Positions 1 to 8,167 of a stretch of DNA of 24,535 bases are shown here, in pieces (positions within the stretch are counted from its first letter, which is position 1; each line of letters begins with the position of its first letter). The DNA is from a virus (lineage: Duplodnaviria; Caudoviricetes), in IMG/VR virus record IMGVR_UViG_3300020043_002110, positions 1 to 24,535 of that record, one strand, 5' to 3'. Both the position numbers and the translations under genes were made by a program. Below the pieces are notes generated by a model. It was not told the DNA's origin. It did not search any database and saw only the letters and a list, made by a program, of their open reading frames with translations.

Positions 1-81
1 ATACAATTGACCGAACGATTCAAACAATGGGACGGGATGCCCGCGAACTACACGAACGACGTCGTCGTTTTAACCCCGCCG
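1..81. repeat. 81-bp exact inverted copy of 5972-6052 (3' end of the RecE-like gene); probable chimeric contig end
   Basis: Positions 1-81 equal the reverse complement of 5972-6052; identity stops abruptly at 82. Confidence 0.9.
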
Positions 82-241
82 TGGTTCGGTATTCCGTCCC
101 CAACGCGGCCGCACATTCGTCGTCATACGTTCGGGCACATAGGTAATGCGAACCGGTATCGTCCATACCAACGAACACGCGCGTTTGCCATTCGCCACCG
201 CCGTTTCGTACTTCGATTATTTCGAGGAATTGTGGTGTCAT
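82..241 (-). CDS. hypothetical protein, 3' end interrupted by the inverted segment
   Basis: ATG at 241 overlaps the stop of ORF 238-486; the frame runs into the duplicated segment at position 81. Confidence 0.5.
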
Positions 242-486
242 TTGTTCACCGCGTTAACGTCGGGCAACTGGCAACAACAACGCAAACGTTTCTCGTCGTG
301 CGCGTCAATGAACGCCAACCGACCATCGGCGGCGTCAAACCCAGCGGCGAACAATGCACGTCGTACGATGTCAAGTGCGTCGTCGATGTGTGAAACGTGT
401 ACGATGTGCGACGAAATGGTGACGACGTCACCCTCGTGTTGTATTGTGACGCGGAACAATGGTTGGGTGTCGGCATAGTCAATCAT
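238..486 (-). CDS. hypothetical protein (82 aa)
   Basis: Co-directional ORF, coupled to the downstream gene by an ATGA overlap. Confidence 0.55.
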   Translation of the reverse strand: MIDYADTQPLFRVTIQHEGDVVTISSHIVHVSHIDDALDIVRRALFAAGFDAADGRLAFIDAHDEKRLRCCCQLPDVNAVNK

Positions 487-531
487 GGCAATGTGTGATT
501 AAATGCACATAATGTGCGGTTATTGTGTGAT

Positions 532-783
532 TCATTTGACGTGTGAGCAACTCATTTTGTGGTACCCGAACCCGCCGCATTCGTCGCAGTTCATTGCGCC
601 GACGACGTCGTTCAGTTGGTTGAATATCGATTGCGCGGTTTCGCCCCAATACATTTCGCATTTGCCGTCAACGATCGGCGGCGAAAGGAACGTCGATTGA
701 TAATCGGACGACGGCGACGTGTATCGGTAGCACGTTCCACGCATATGGCATCCGTCGCCCGTGCATTTGGTGATGTCGGTCAT
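532..783 (-). CDS. Cys-rich hypothetical protein, possibly Zn-binding
   Basis: DITKCTGDGC..RGTCYRYT...YQSTF..PP...CEMYW pattern that I recall from aquatic phage proteins, plus C-terminal CDEC..HKMSC. Confidence 0.7.
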   Translation of the reverse strand: MTDITKCTGDGCHMRGTCYRYTSPSSDYQSTFLSPPIVDGKCEMYWGETAQSIFNQLNDVVGAMNCDECGGFGYHKMSCSHVK

Positions 784-840
784 TTGGTGTTTTTATTCAT
801 CGTTGTGTTTCCAAACCGCGGTTGGTGATGTGTTGCCGCA

Positions 841-1008
841 TCATTCCGCGCGTTCGTGTTTGATGTACTCCAGCGACGCCGGCAGTTCATCAATGAATCG
901 TTGAACGTGTCGCGTACGGCGTTCGAACTGCAACCGCATAACGTGAACGCGGCCGGTTTCGCGGTGCCGTATGTGAAACGCGTACCATTCATTTCGTATG
1001 CGCCTCAC
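841..1008 (-). CDS. small hypothetical protein (start uncertain, GTG at 1008)
   Basis: 3' part of ORF 841..1086 lying outside the HNH gene; the alternative frame 780..992 cannot be excluded. Confidence 0.35.
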   Translation of the reverse strand: MRRIRNEWYAFHIRHRETGRVHVMRLQFERRTRHVQRFIDELPASLEYIKHERAE

Positions 1009-1282
1009 GCCCCGATTTAGAGTTGTGGCACGGGTGACACATTGTTTGCAGATTGTCCCACGCCAACGCGAGGTCGGGGTTGTCATTCACGCGAACGATG
1101 TGGTCGACGACGGCACCGGTGCGACCGCACACGATACACACGGGATTTGTTCGTATAAACATACCCCGCAGTTTGCGCCACGCGGCCGACTGGTAAAACG
1201 TTGAGTTGGCGTTTCGGCGTCCTTTGTCGAACCCCGATCCCGTCAACCACGGGCGTTGTTTGCGTTCGGGCATATTAGGCAT
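989..1282 (-). CDS. HNH endonuclease, terminase-associated (HK97 gp74-like)
   Basis: FYQSAAWRKLR...CIVC...VVDHIV...NLQTMCHPCHNSKS is the typical cos-phage HNH signature; start taken at MPNMPERK. Confidence 0.9.
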   Translation of the reverse strand: MPNMPERKQRPWLTGSGFDKGRRNANSTFYQSAAWRKLRGMFIRTNPVCIVCGRTGAVVDHIVRVNDNPDLALAWDNLQTMCHPCHNSKSGREAHTK

Positions 1283-1499
1283 TGACGTCGATGTGTGTGT
1301 AATCAAACGCGCGGTCGATTGTCACCACCGACGTCAACGCTTTGGTGCGGTCGTCGACCCGACGCGGCGTGGCCGCCGCTTGGTCGTCGTCCGCCAAACG
1401 TTGCAATGCACGTTCAACGGCGGGTTTGTTTGCGCGGTGAACGGAACCAATGTGTTCGAGCCATTCGGTGAAACCGCGGCGTGTTGTTTCGTTATTCAT
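1275..1499 (-). CDS. hypothetical protein (74 aa)
   Basis: Fills the gap, with short overlaps to both neighbours. Confidence 0.6.
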   Translation of the reverse strand: MNNETTRRGFTEWLEHIGSVHRANKPAVERALQRLADDDQAAATPRRVDDRTKALTSVVTIDRAFDYTHIDVNA

Positions 1500-1731
1500 G
1501 ATCTTGACACGTTTCGCCGTTGATACGGGTGTTGTTGCATTTGCACACGACGCACCGAGATTCGGGCGTGAACGTGTCCAGTTGTTGTTGTAGGGCGCGA
1601 ACGAGGGTGAATTTGAATTGCAATTTCGCGCGGATTACCAAACGCGCGGCGGCGCGGTAGTTGTCGCCCATAAGGTAGCGACGATGCAAACGCACGATGG
1701 CGTTTTCGAATGGTGTGAGTAGTTGGTTCAT
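1492..1731 (-). CDS. hypothetical protein (79 aa, starts MNQLLTPF)
   Basis: ATG at 1731 overlaps the TGA of the upstream small ORF; C-terminal CxxCxC cluster. Confidence 0.6.
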   Translation of the reverse strand: MNQLLTPFENAIVRLHRRYLMGDNYRAAARLVIRAKLQFKFTLVRALQQQLDTFTPESRCVVCKCNNTRINGETCQDHE

Positions 1732-1883
1732 CGAATCAATTGTTTGATGGTTGGAATGTCGATGGTTCCGTATTTGGCGTGGAACTTTAGTAAAACCTTT
1801 TCCGCATCGTAAAACGCGGCCGTTGTTTTCGGTGTCGTGTACGACGACCACGCCTCGGTCAGTTGTTGGATTTCCGTTTTCAT
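1728..1883 (-). CDS. small hypothetical protein (51 aa), not in the ORF track
   Basis: Manual translation MKTEIQQLTEAWSSYTTPKTTAAFYDAEKVLLKFHAKYGTIDIPTIKQLIR*; ATGA overlap with the next gene. Confidence 0.6.
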   Translation of the reverse strand: MKTEIQQLTEAWSSYTTPKTTAAFYDAEKVLLKFHAKYGTIDIPTIKQLIR

Positions 1884-1894
1884 TGTGCGACGGA

Positions 1895-2191
1895 TTAAAA
1901 AGATAGAACCATACCGGTTGCGAGTTCGAACATACCCATCAATTCGAAATTGAAAATGTTTTTTTGTTCGAACGTGGTTTTGATTTCCAGCGTGCGGCCG
2001 TTCAACTTGAATGCCTTGAGCGTGTATTGGTCTTGGCCGGCTTGAATGTCAATTGCAACGTACTTGTTGCGTGGGAACATAATTTGAATTCCGTTTTCGG
2101 TGTACACCACACCGGTTGCGTCGGTCATTGCGTAAACGCGCTTCATGCCTCCGAGTTGCTCAATGATTGTGTTTTTTGCTTGATTGTCCAT
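1895..2191 (-). CDS. phage hypothetical protein (TIIEQLGG..YAMT type)
   Basis: Starts MDNQAKNT after an A-rich leader and a consensus promoter; the N-terminus resembles a widespread 'TILxQLGGxxFxxMTGA' phage family from memory. Confidence 0.75.
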   Translation of the reverse strand: MDNQAKNTIIEQLGGMKRVYAMTDATGVVYTENGIQIMFPRNKYVAIDIQAGQDQYTLKAFKLNGRTLEIKTTFEQKNIFNFELMGMFELATGMVLSF

Positions 2192-2221
2192 GACGTTTTG
2201 TTTTTGTTTTGTTTCTTGAGT

Positions 2222-2251
2222 CAAATGTACAACAAAATGTTGAATGCACAA
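2222..2251 (-). promoter_or_regulatory. Bacteroidota housekeeping-sigma promoter
   Basis: Minus strand TTG-19 nt-TACATTTG, matching the -33 TTG / -7 TAnnTTTG consensus. Confidence 0.75.
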
Positions 2252-2308
2252 GTACAAATACCAAAATGAATCAAAATCGTGATACGTTGCATGAAATTTG
2301 AGAAAAAT

Positions 2309-2617
2309 TCAACCAATTTTCGCCGGCTTGCGCCCCAAATACGGGGCCATCCGATGAATACGGCATTCCCGAACCTTGGTCAACGTATTGTTCACCTCGT
2401 CGATTTGCAGCGCATTGTAAACCATTGCCGACCGATTGGCCGCTTTGATGTGCGGAATCTTTGACGGGTCTTTGATCGGTACGCATTGCCCGACGTCCAT
2501 CGTCATGACGCGTTCAATGATTTGTTCGATTAACTTGTCGTCGGCGGTCGTATCAATCAACAACCACCCCAAACCAGCGCGTTCGATTTCTTCGCGTGTA
2601 AGGCCGTTCAAAATCAT
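2309..2617 (-). CDS. hypothetical protein (102 aa)
   Basis: Overlaps the stop of the upstream gene; last gene of the replication operon. Confidence 0.7.
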   Translation of the reverse strand: MILNGLTREEIERAGLGWLLIDTTADDKLIEQIIERVMTMDVGQCVPIKDPSKIPHIKAANRSAMVYNALQIDEVNNTLTKVRECRIHRMAPYLGRKPAKIG

Positions 2618-3066
2618 TTTAACACTCGCATATGTTTCAACGGAATAAACGCGTTGTATCGTTCGACAATGCCCCCGTTGACGTTCTTTCGCGTTGTGGT
2701 ACGGGCGACGTCGTAATCAATCAACAACGACCCGTCGGCGTCGGCGACTTTGAACGACACGATGTTTTCCGAACCAATGAGGTAAACGATTAAAACAAAC
2801 GGAATGCCCAGCACGCGGGCGGCATCGCATCCGTCGGTGATTTTTTGATGGGTGACCAAATACGTTCCCATCGTGGCCAATTCGTCCAACGTCATTTCCC
2901 GCGATTTGAATTCGTAAACGGCCAACATATCGCCCTCATGGTTCAATACGATTCCATCGACGCGGGCGTATCGTGGCGTTTTAATGGTGCGCCACCCGTG
3001 CAAATCCGACAACAATATCATTGCGTCGATTTCGTGTTGTAGTGATTCCTCAAATGTCATGTTCAA
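2614..3066 (-). CDS. putative PD-(D/E)XK nuclease-fold protein
   Basis: YARVDG...VYEFKSR matches the D...ExK catalytic pattern. Confidence 0.6.
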   Translation of the reverse strand: MNMTFEESLQHEIDAMILLSDLHGWRTIKTPRYARVDGIVLNHEGDMLAVYEFKSREMTLDELATMGTYLVTHQKITDGCDAARVLGIPFVLIVYLIGSENIVSFKVADADGSLLIDYDVARTTTRKNVNGGIVERYNAFIPLKHMRVLK

Positions 3067-5036
3067 AATGGTGTGTCAAGTTCGTCGTTGTGGTCGTTGT
3101 ACGCGGCGCGTTGTGGTCGCCCGCTGGTCATTGTCACGATACCTTGGTCAAGCATCAAGTTGAACGCCTTTTGCGCCTCTTTTTGCTTTGCCGATTCCGT
3201 GTCGCGAATGAACGGAACGATTTCCGTTTTCATCTTGCCGTCAATCTTTTTTGCAATGCGTTGCAAATCGTCGGGTGTCCATACGCGGTCGAGTTCGTAA
3301 AAATCCGATTCAACGTGTTCCGTTAGCGAAATGGTGTCGTCCATACCCACGCGCATCGTTAATGCGGGAAATTCAATGTTTCTGGTGTATTCGGGCGTTA
3401 TATTGGAACACGACGCATCCGTTTCGTTTTTCGCCACACCGATGACCGATTCCGCCTTTTGAACCAAGTACGCTCCCAAATGACCCTTTGCGTTCCGGTC
3501 GTTTTTGTTTTCGTGCAAAACCGCAACCAATGTGCAATTGTAATCCGATGTCCATTTGAGCAACCGCGATGCGATTTCGGTCGCCTCTTCTTCGTCGTTG
3601 ACGCCCTTTGACGCCAAATCAACGATGCCGTCAACGATGACCAAACCAACGTTGGGAATGCGGGACAATGCGAATTCCACAAACGCGAAACGTTCGGCGT
3701 TGCGATCCAGCCCGCGGAATTTGAAATACTTCAAACGTTCGTGGTTCACCGATGGGTCGAATCCCGCCATTGTGAGAATGCGTTTCTTTGCCCGTGCCGC
3801 GTGCCAATCACCTTGTTCGGTGTCGATGTACACCACCATTTTGTCGCCGATGAACCCGCGCAATGCGTCGGCAACGACACCGCCCGACAATGCGGCGGCG
3901 GCGATTGCGGAAACCAAATACGATTTGCGGGATTTGGCTTTGCCTTGAATCAAAATAAAATTACCCAACGAACCCAACACGAACGATTCCAAACCCGTGA
4001 ACACGTCAACGGCAACGGGCGGGCGTTCAACTGGTATGGTCGAATCCACTTCCATCGCCATCAATGCCGCCAACATTTCATCCTCGGTCGGTTCGTCCGC
4101 CTCAAATGAATCGTTGTCGACCAACTTGTACGATGCCCCGAAACCGCGTTCGTTCAACTGGCGGTATGCCTCTTTAAAATCACCGCGGCATTCCAGCACG
4201 ACGAAGCATTGAAACGCGTCGTATGGTTTTTCTGCTTCGAATTCCGTTGACGTCGTCCACGGCCAAAACAAACCGGTATCGTTGAATATCACGCCCGACG
4301 TTTTGGCGTCCGTATCACCGGGGCGTTTCAAATATGTGTATTTTGCATTTTGCCCGACGATGCGCCATCCGTTCGCTTCGAGGATTTCCAACGCCGTGTG
4401 CGTTTCGCGGAACTCGCCCCACGGCGTTGTCGACGTCGCCTCGGTGCGGATTTTTTGTTCATGGGCCACGGCGACGATCGCGGGTGCCGTTGACGTCAAA
4501 CGGGCGCAACGGAATAAGATTTCACGTTCGTCGGGTGTGATACGCTGAACCAATGTGATTTTTGATTTCATCGAATACCCCGGTGACGGAAACACCACGA
4601 TTTGACCGCCGACGCCGCGTGTTTCGAATGTCGTTTCGCCGTTTAGGTTGCGGGCAAGTTTTTGATTGCCCTCGACCGAATCGCATTTGTAGATCCAATG
4701 TTGGCCACCCGACCGCGTGTTTTGGATTGTCATTTTCGAACGCAACCCGGGCGCCTCGGCATCAACGGCCGCGATGAATTCAACCAACTCGTCGCCGTCA
4801 AAATGCTTGGCGTCGATGTCCAACACCTCCAAACCATCGTACCCGCAAACGATGCCGATTGAATCCGTGTTCGTGAATAATTGTTCGGCGTCCCCCCAAC
4901 TGATTGGTTCGGTTCCGTATCGTTGCCACGCCTTTAGTGCGGGGCGTTTGTCACCCCGAACCAATGGTATGGGTGAAAATCCCGCGGCAAGATAGCGGCG
5001 GGCGATGTCAACGACGTCGTGTTGTTGTGAGGTCAT
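3063..5036 (-). CDS. Prim-Pol (bifunctional primase/polymerase) fused to an AAA_25/RecA-like helicase
   Basis: N-terminal GFSPIPL..GDKRP..W, IGIVCG..LEVLDID, TRSGGQH, ETRGVGGQIVVFPS; C-terminal Walker A GKAKSRKS, YIDTEQ, Walker B LVIVDG, VLHENK..KGHLG. Start taken at MTSQQ. Confidence 0.9.
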   Translation of the reverse strand: MTSQQHDVVDIARRYLAAGFSPIPLVRGDKRPALKAWQRYGTEPISWGDAEQLFTNTDSIGIVCGYDGLEVLDIDAKHFDGDELVEFIAAVDAEAPGLRSKMTIQNTRSGGQHWIYKCDSVEGNQKLARNLNGETTFETRGVGGQIVVFPSPGYSMKSKITLVQRITPDEREILFRCARLTSTAPAIVAVAHEQKIRTEATSTTPWGEFRETHTALEILEANGWRIVGQNAKYTYLKRPGDTDAKTSGVIFNDTGLFWPWTTSTEFEAEKPYDAFQCFVVLECRGDFKEAYRQLNERGFGASYKLVDNDSFEADEPTEDEMLAALMAMEVDSTIPVERPPVAVDVFTGLESFVLGSLGNFILIQGKAKSRKSYLVSAIAAAALSGGVVADALRGFIGDKMVVYIDTEQGDWHAARAKKRILTMAGFDPSVNHERLKYFKFRGLDRNAERFAFVEFALSRIPNVGLVIVDGIVDLASKGVNDEEEATEIASRLLKWTSDYNCTLVAVLHENKNDRNAKGHLGAYLVQKAESVIGVAKNETDASCSNITPEYTRNIEFPALTMRVGMDDTISLTEHVESDFYELDRVWTPDDLQRIAKKIDGKMKTEIVPFIRDTESAKQKEAQKAFNLMLDQGIVTMTSGRPQRAAYNDHNDELDTPF

Positions 5037-5418
5037 TCCAGTTGTCCAGTTTGTTTGTTTCGTTTTGCAGTACTCTAAATGTTTTTTGTCCGTTTGTTTC
5101 AGATGGCCGGACAAACCGCCACCGATCAATGTTCCCGTCGTACAACGCCAAAAAATCAACGTCGTCGTCGGTATATCGTTTTTTCGTCGCCCAACCTTTG
5201 CCGATGTTCCATTTCGATTTTCCGTTCAAATTGGTGAACGTCGATTTGACTTGTATTTTTATCGGTCGCCCGTCCCAAATCAATATCACGTCGGCGGCGG
5301 TTGAATCGCCAATGGGTTTGAATACCTCGAACCCGTAGCGCATCGCGTCGGCGACGAACTGCATTTCAGCCCATTCGCCGTTTTGCTTATCGCGTCGCCT
5401 CGGTGATTCGTCTTGCAT
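5008..5418 (-). CDS. PD-(D/E)XK endonuclease (PDDEXK_5 / I-Ssp6803I-like homing type)
   Basis: GEWAE..F...GFEVFKP.GD...DVI...IKIQVKST...Y...DVDFLALY pattern. Confidence 0.8.
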   Translation of the reverse strand: MQDESPRRRDKQNGEWAEMQFVADAMRYGFEVFKPIGDSTAADVILIWDGRPIKIQVKSTFTNLNGKSKWNIGKGWATKKRYTDDDVDFLALYDGNIDRWRFVRPSETNGQKTFRVLQNETNKLDNWNDLTTTRRR

Positions 5419-5818
5419 AATCGTCGTACGTCTTTGCGATAAAATACACGCCACCCGCGGCGTTTATTTCCCGTTCAACCTCACGTTGGTATTGGGACTG
5501 GCGGTCGGTTCCGATTTTTACCTCGATTCCGATGAACCGCCCATCCAATATACCAATGATATCGGGCACACCGCGTTTCGTGACGCCGGCACGATATACA
5601 CCGCGCGCTTTGTCGTACGTTGCCCCGTTGTTGATTCGGTATGCCGCACCACCGCGAACGTTGACGATGTCGTATATGATCGCATTCGTAAGGCCGTTGG
5701 CGTTTTTATCCGTGAACGTCGTCGTCGGTATCGCCGATTCGGGAATATGGGCATATTTCGTCGCGTTGTGTTTCTTTGCGAACTGGCGCAGTTCCGTTAA
5801 GGATGTGGGTGAGGGCAT
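5387..5818 (-). CDS. VRR-NUC domain nuclease (putative Holliday junction resolvase)
   Basis: GVPDIIG..DGRFIGIEVK...RQSQYQ......INAAGG.YFIA. Confidence 0.88.
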   Translation of the reverse strand: MPSPTSLTELRQFAKKHNATKYAHIPESAIPTTTFTDKNANGLTNAIIYDIVNVRGGAAYRINNGATYDKARGVYRAGVTKRGVPDIIGILDGRFIGIEVKIGTDRQSQYQREVEREINAAGGVYFIAKTYDDYARRITEATR

Positions 5819-5969
5819 AATTCGGCAAGTTCATTTCACAAAACGCGACCATGACCGCGATGTCGTCCGACAACGCAATCAATTCGTCGGATTCCCAACG
5901 TTCGGCCAACGTGCGCGCACGTTCGGCGAACTCCGAAACGCGGTTCAATCGTTGTTCAACGTCAGCCAT
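5706..5969 (-). CDS. hypothetical protein (starts MADVEQ)
   Basis: Fills the 5819-5944 gap but overlaps the VRR-NUC gene by 113 bp. Confidence 0.4.
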   Translation of the reverse strand: MADVEQRLNRVSEFAERARTLAERWESDELIALSDDIAVMVAFCEMNLPNYALTHILNGTAPVRKETQRDEICPYSRIGDTDDDVHG

Positions 5970-6679
5970 TGCGGCGGGGTTAAAACGACGACGTCGTTCG
6001 TGTAGTTCGCGGGCATCCCGTCCCATTGTTTGAATCGTTCGGTCAATTGTATTAATTCAAATATACCAAATTCAATCGACGCGGCGTCCATTTGAAATAC
6101 GCCGACGTTGTACGGCGAATTTGCCTCGACGCCAACAAAGTAGAACGTGTCCAAACCAAATGCGCGGCAGTACAACGACGCTTGCAAATGGTATTTGTTG
6201 CCGAACACCCAGCGTTTGAATGCGGATTCGGAAACGTCTTGCGTCGATTTCAAATCAGCAACGAACGTCGGCGCGACCATGTCGGCGAACCCGCGGTATG
6301 GGATTCCGGCGAAATCAAATTCAAACGACTGCTCGACGGCGGTCACTTGCGCGAACAATTCCGACGCGGCGGGGTGCGCCCACAATGCGGCCGCCATTCG
6401 TTCGATTATTTCGAATTCAGAATCTTTGAGAATTTCACGCGTTCCGGCGGCCTCTTCGACCTCTTTCCACGCGTTCGTGCCACGACGAATGTCGGGCGCG
6501 ACAAGGTATCGTTTTTCGAAATCGTCGGGTTCCAAAACAAACGTGTGCAACGCCGACCCGCGGGTCATGGCGGCGGTCGTTTCCCGTTGTTTGTTTTTGT
6601 AGGCGAGGAAATGGTTTGGCGATTTCGCAAATTCCTTGACGGACGAAAACGACAACGGCAAAAATGGTTTGGTTTTCAT
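5945..6679 (-). CDS. RecE/exonuclease VIII-like PD-(D/E)XK nuclease (DUF3799-like)
   Basis: LSFSSVK...SP.H, TAAMTRGSALH..VLEP..F, RGFAD..ADLKST, YHLQASLY, FYFVGVE..SPY; start MKTKPF is coupled by ATGA. Confidence 0.88.
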   Translation of the reverse strand: MKTKPFLPLSFSSVKEFAKSPNHFLAYKNKQRETTAAMTRGSALHTFVLEPDDFEKRYLVAPDIRRGTNAWKEVEEAAGTREILKDSEFEIIERMAAALWAHPAASELFAQVTAVEQSFEFDFAGIPYRGFADMVAPTFVADLKSTQDVSESAFKRWVFGNKYHLQASLYCRAFGLDTFYFVGVEANSPYNVGVFQMDAASIEFGIFELIQLTERFKQWDGMPANYTNDVVVLTPPQWLTLNND

Positions 6680-6822
6680 CGTTTCCAGCGATTGACCGAA
6701 ACCAAAATGGTGAGGTATGTGAACGATGTGACGAGGTAGTATGTTTCGGGGTCGGCGAATACCGCAATCGATGGGGTGATGAAAAACGCGTCTTCGTTTT
6801 TCCAAGTGATGTCAATGGTCAT
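6676..6822 (-). CDS. small hydrophobic hypothetical protein (48 aa), not in the ORF track
   Basis: MTIDITWKNEDAFFITPSIAVFADPETYYLVTSFTYLTILVSVNRWKR*; ATGA overlaps at both ends. Confidence 0.65.
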   Translation of the reverse strand: MTIDITWKNEDAFFITPSIAVFADPETYYLVTSFTYLTILVSVNRWKR

Positions 6823-7244
6823 TTTGTTTCTTTTAATACCCGAACCAATTTGTTCAGACGTTTGATTTCATTTTCTAAATACTCGATGTCCGTTTCGCGG
6901 GATTGAATTTCCAAATCCTCTTTGAAAATTTCATAATCGCGACAATACACGGGGTCTACTTGTCGCAATGTGTTTCCCATCGTTTTGTGCGATTCATTGT
7001 GAACACGCAATTGATGGTGAATGGCGGGGTGTTTGCGATTGATGATTTTTGCGACTTGTTCTTGTGACAAATTGATTTCCCAATAGCAATACGCAATGAT
7101 CATTCGGCGAACGTAGTTGATTGACGACATTCGCGTTCTGCCTTTGATTGACCCCGCCGGTAGGGCGGCCCAGTTCTCGGCGAACTGAACCACCCATTCG
7201 GCGTGTTGCACGCGGTCGCCGTTATTAGAACGGGAAATCGTCAT
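6819..7244 (-). CDS. DnaA C-terminal (domain IV)-like helix-turn-helix protein
   Basis: IKGRTR...INYVRRMIIAY.....NLSQEQVAKIINRKHPAIHH parallels Bac_DnaA_C (R...i..aRqiamY....sl..Ig..f.rdHtTV.h); C-terminal coiled coil; start uncertain. Confidence 0.65.
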   Translation of the reverse strand: MTISRSNNGDRVQHAEWVVQFAENWAALPAGSIKGRTRMSSINYVRRMIIAYCYWEINLSQEQVAKIINRKHPAIHHQLRVHNESHKTMGNTLRQVDPVYCRDYEIFKEDLEIQSRETDIEYLENEIKRLNKLVRVLKETK

Positions 7245-7740
7245 TTGATTCGGTCGTTGTTGGTGCGTCAAACGTTGGTTCGGTCGGCGTTACGCCCTCG
7301 AAAAAATCCGATGGTGTTCCGCCACCCTCACCGCGTTCGGCAAGTGTCAACACAATGACGTCGTTGACCCATACGGACAAACCTTTTTTGCCGTTGTAAT
7401 CATACGCCTTGACGATGCAGTTCGTTTTGAGAACCGAACCATTGTTGACGTAATCATCGAACGCGTGTTTGTGCGTGTCGAATACGTTGGGCGGGTTGTT
7501 CGCCTTGACGCGGACGGCCGGAACCTCGTATTTGGGTTTGCCGTCTTGGCCTTTGATTTGAACGAACTTATATGCACCGAGGTCTTCTAATGCTTTGACG
7601 CTTGCGGCGTCCAGCATCAAATCGGCTTGGTATTTGTTCGACAATTTGTTCGGGCCGGATTTGGGCGTGATTTGCGCCCATTGTGCGGTGCCGGTCAAAA
7701 TAACTCGGACACCTTTTGAAAAATCGGGTTTTGTAGTCAT
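7225..7740 (-). CDS. single-stranded DNA-binding protein (T7 gp2.5/DUF2815-like)
   Basis: G.AQWA.I..P....KY..DL, VNNGS....AYDYNGKKGLS...VIVL and an acidic C-terminal tail ending DDFPF. Confidence 0.8.
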   Translation of the reverse strand: MTTKPDFSKGVRVILTGTAQWAQITPKSGPNKLSNKYQADLMLDAASVKALEDLGAYKFVQIKGQDGKPKYEVPAVRVKANNPPNVFDTHKHAFDDYVNNGSVLKTNCIVKAYDYNGKKGLSVWVNDVIVLTLAERGEGGGTPSDFFEGVTPTEPTFDAPTTTESNDDFPF

Positions 7741-7772
7741 GATTTAAAGTGCGTTTGTTTGTTTACGCTTGG

Positions 7773-7829
7773 CAAACATACGGCGACGTTTTCAACATTG
7801 CAAACATATTTTGTTCAATTTATCCACAA
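7773..7829 (-). promoter_or_regulatory. tandem Bacteroidota-type promoters of the replication operon, overlapping DnaA-like boxes
   Basis: TATGTTTG at 7773-7780 with TTTG 20 nt upstream; second TATGTTTG at 7801-7808 with TTG 18 nt upstream; TTATCCACA at 7820-7828. Confidence 0.7.
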
Positions 7830-7860
7830 AAAAGAAACCCCGCCGTTTGACGGGCGGGGT
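7828..7860 (-). terminator. intrinsic terminator
   Basis: Minus strand ACCCCGCCCGTCAAACGGCGGGGT hairpin followed by TTCTTTTTT. Confidence 0.8.
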
Positions 7861-7919
7861 CAACGCACACACTCAGTGCGCTCGCGGGTTCGGAAATTTA
7901 AGAAACAAACAAACAAACG

Positions 7920-8102
7920 TCACCCGCGTCGTTCGTACTTGTTGAAATTTTGGTGCGCCGATGCGGCCCAAACCAACCCGGCGAAACCGAGAATGATTGT
8001 CCACGTCATTGACGTGTGTGACACGGCGCAAAACAAAAGAATGGTCGCGACCATCGTTTGAATCATTGCTTTGCCGAGGTAGGTATCTTTTTGATTTTCC
8101 AT
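7920..8102 (-). CDS. small membrane protein (60 aa, two predicted TM segments) in its own transcription unit
   Basis: MENQKD start after an A-rich leader; two hydrophobic segments; flanked by a promoter and a terminator. Confidence 0.7.
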   Translation of the reverse strand: MENQKDTYLGKAMIQTMVATILLFCAVSHTSMTWTIILGFAGLVWAASAHQNFNKYERRG

Positions 8103-8131
8103 GACGTTTGAATTTGTTTGTTGTTCGGGGG

Positions 8132-8161
8132 CAAATATACAAAACCAAACCAATTGTGCAA
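8132..8161 (-). promoter_or_regulatory. Bacteroidota-type promoter
   Basis: TTG-19 nt-TATATTTG on the minus strand. Confidence 0.78.
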
Positions 8162-8167
8162 CACCCC

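Noticed and set aside
7-393. 128-aa plus-strand ORF starting with the RecE-like C-terminal peptide
   Set aside because: It is the inverted duplicate read through into antisense sequence, not an independent gene.
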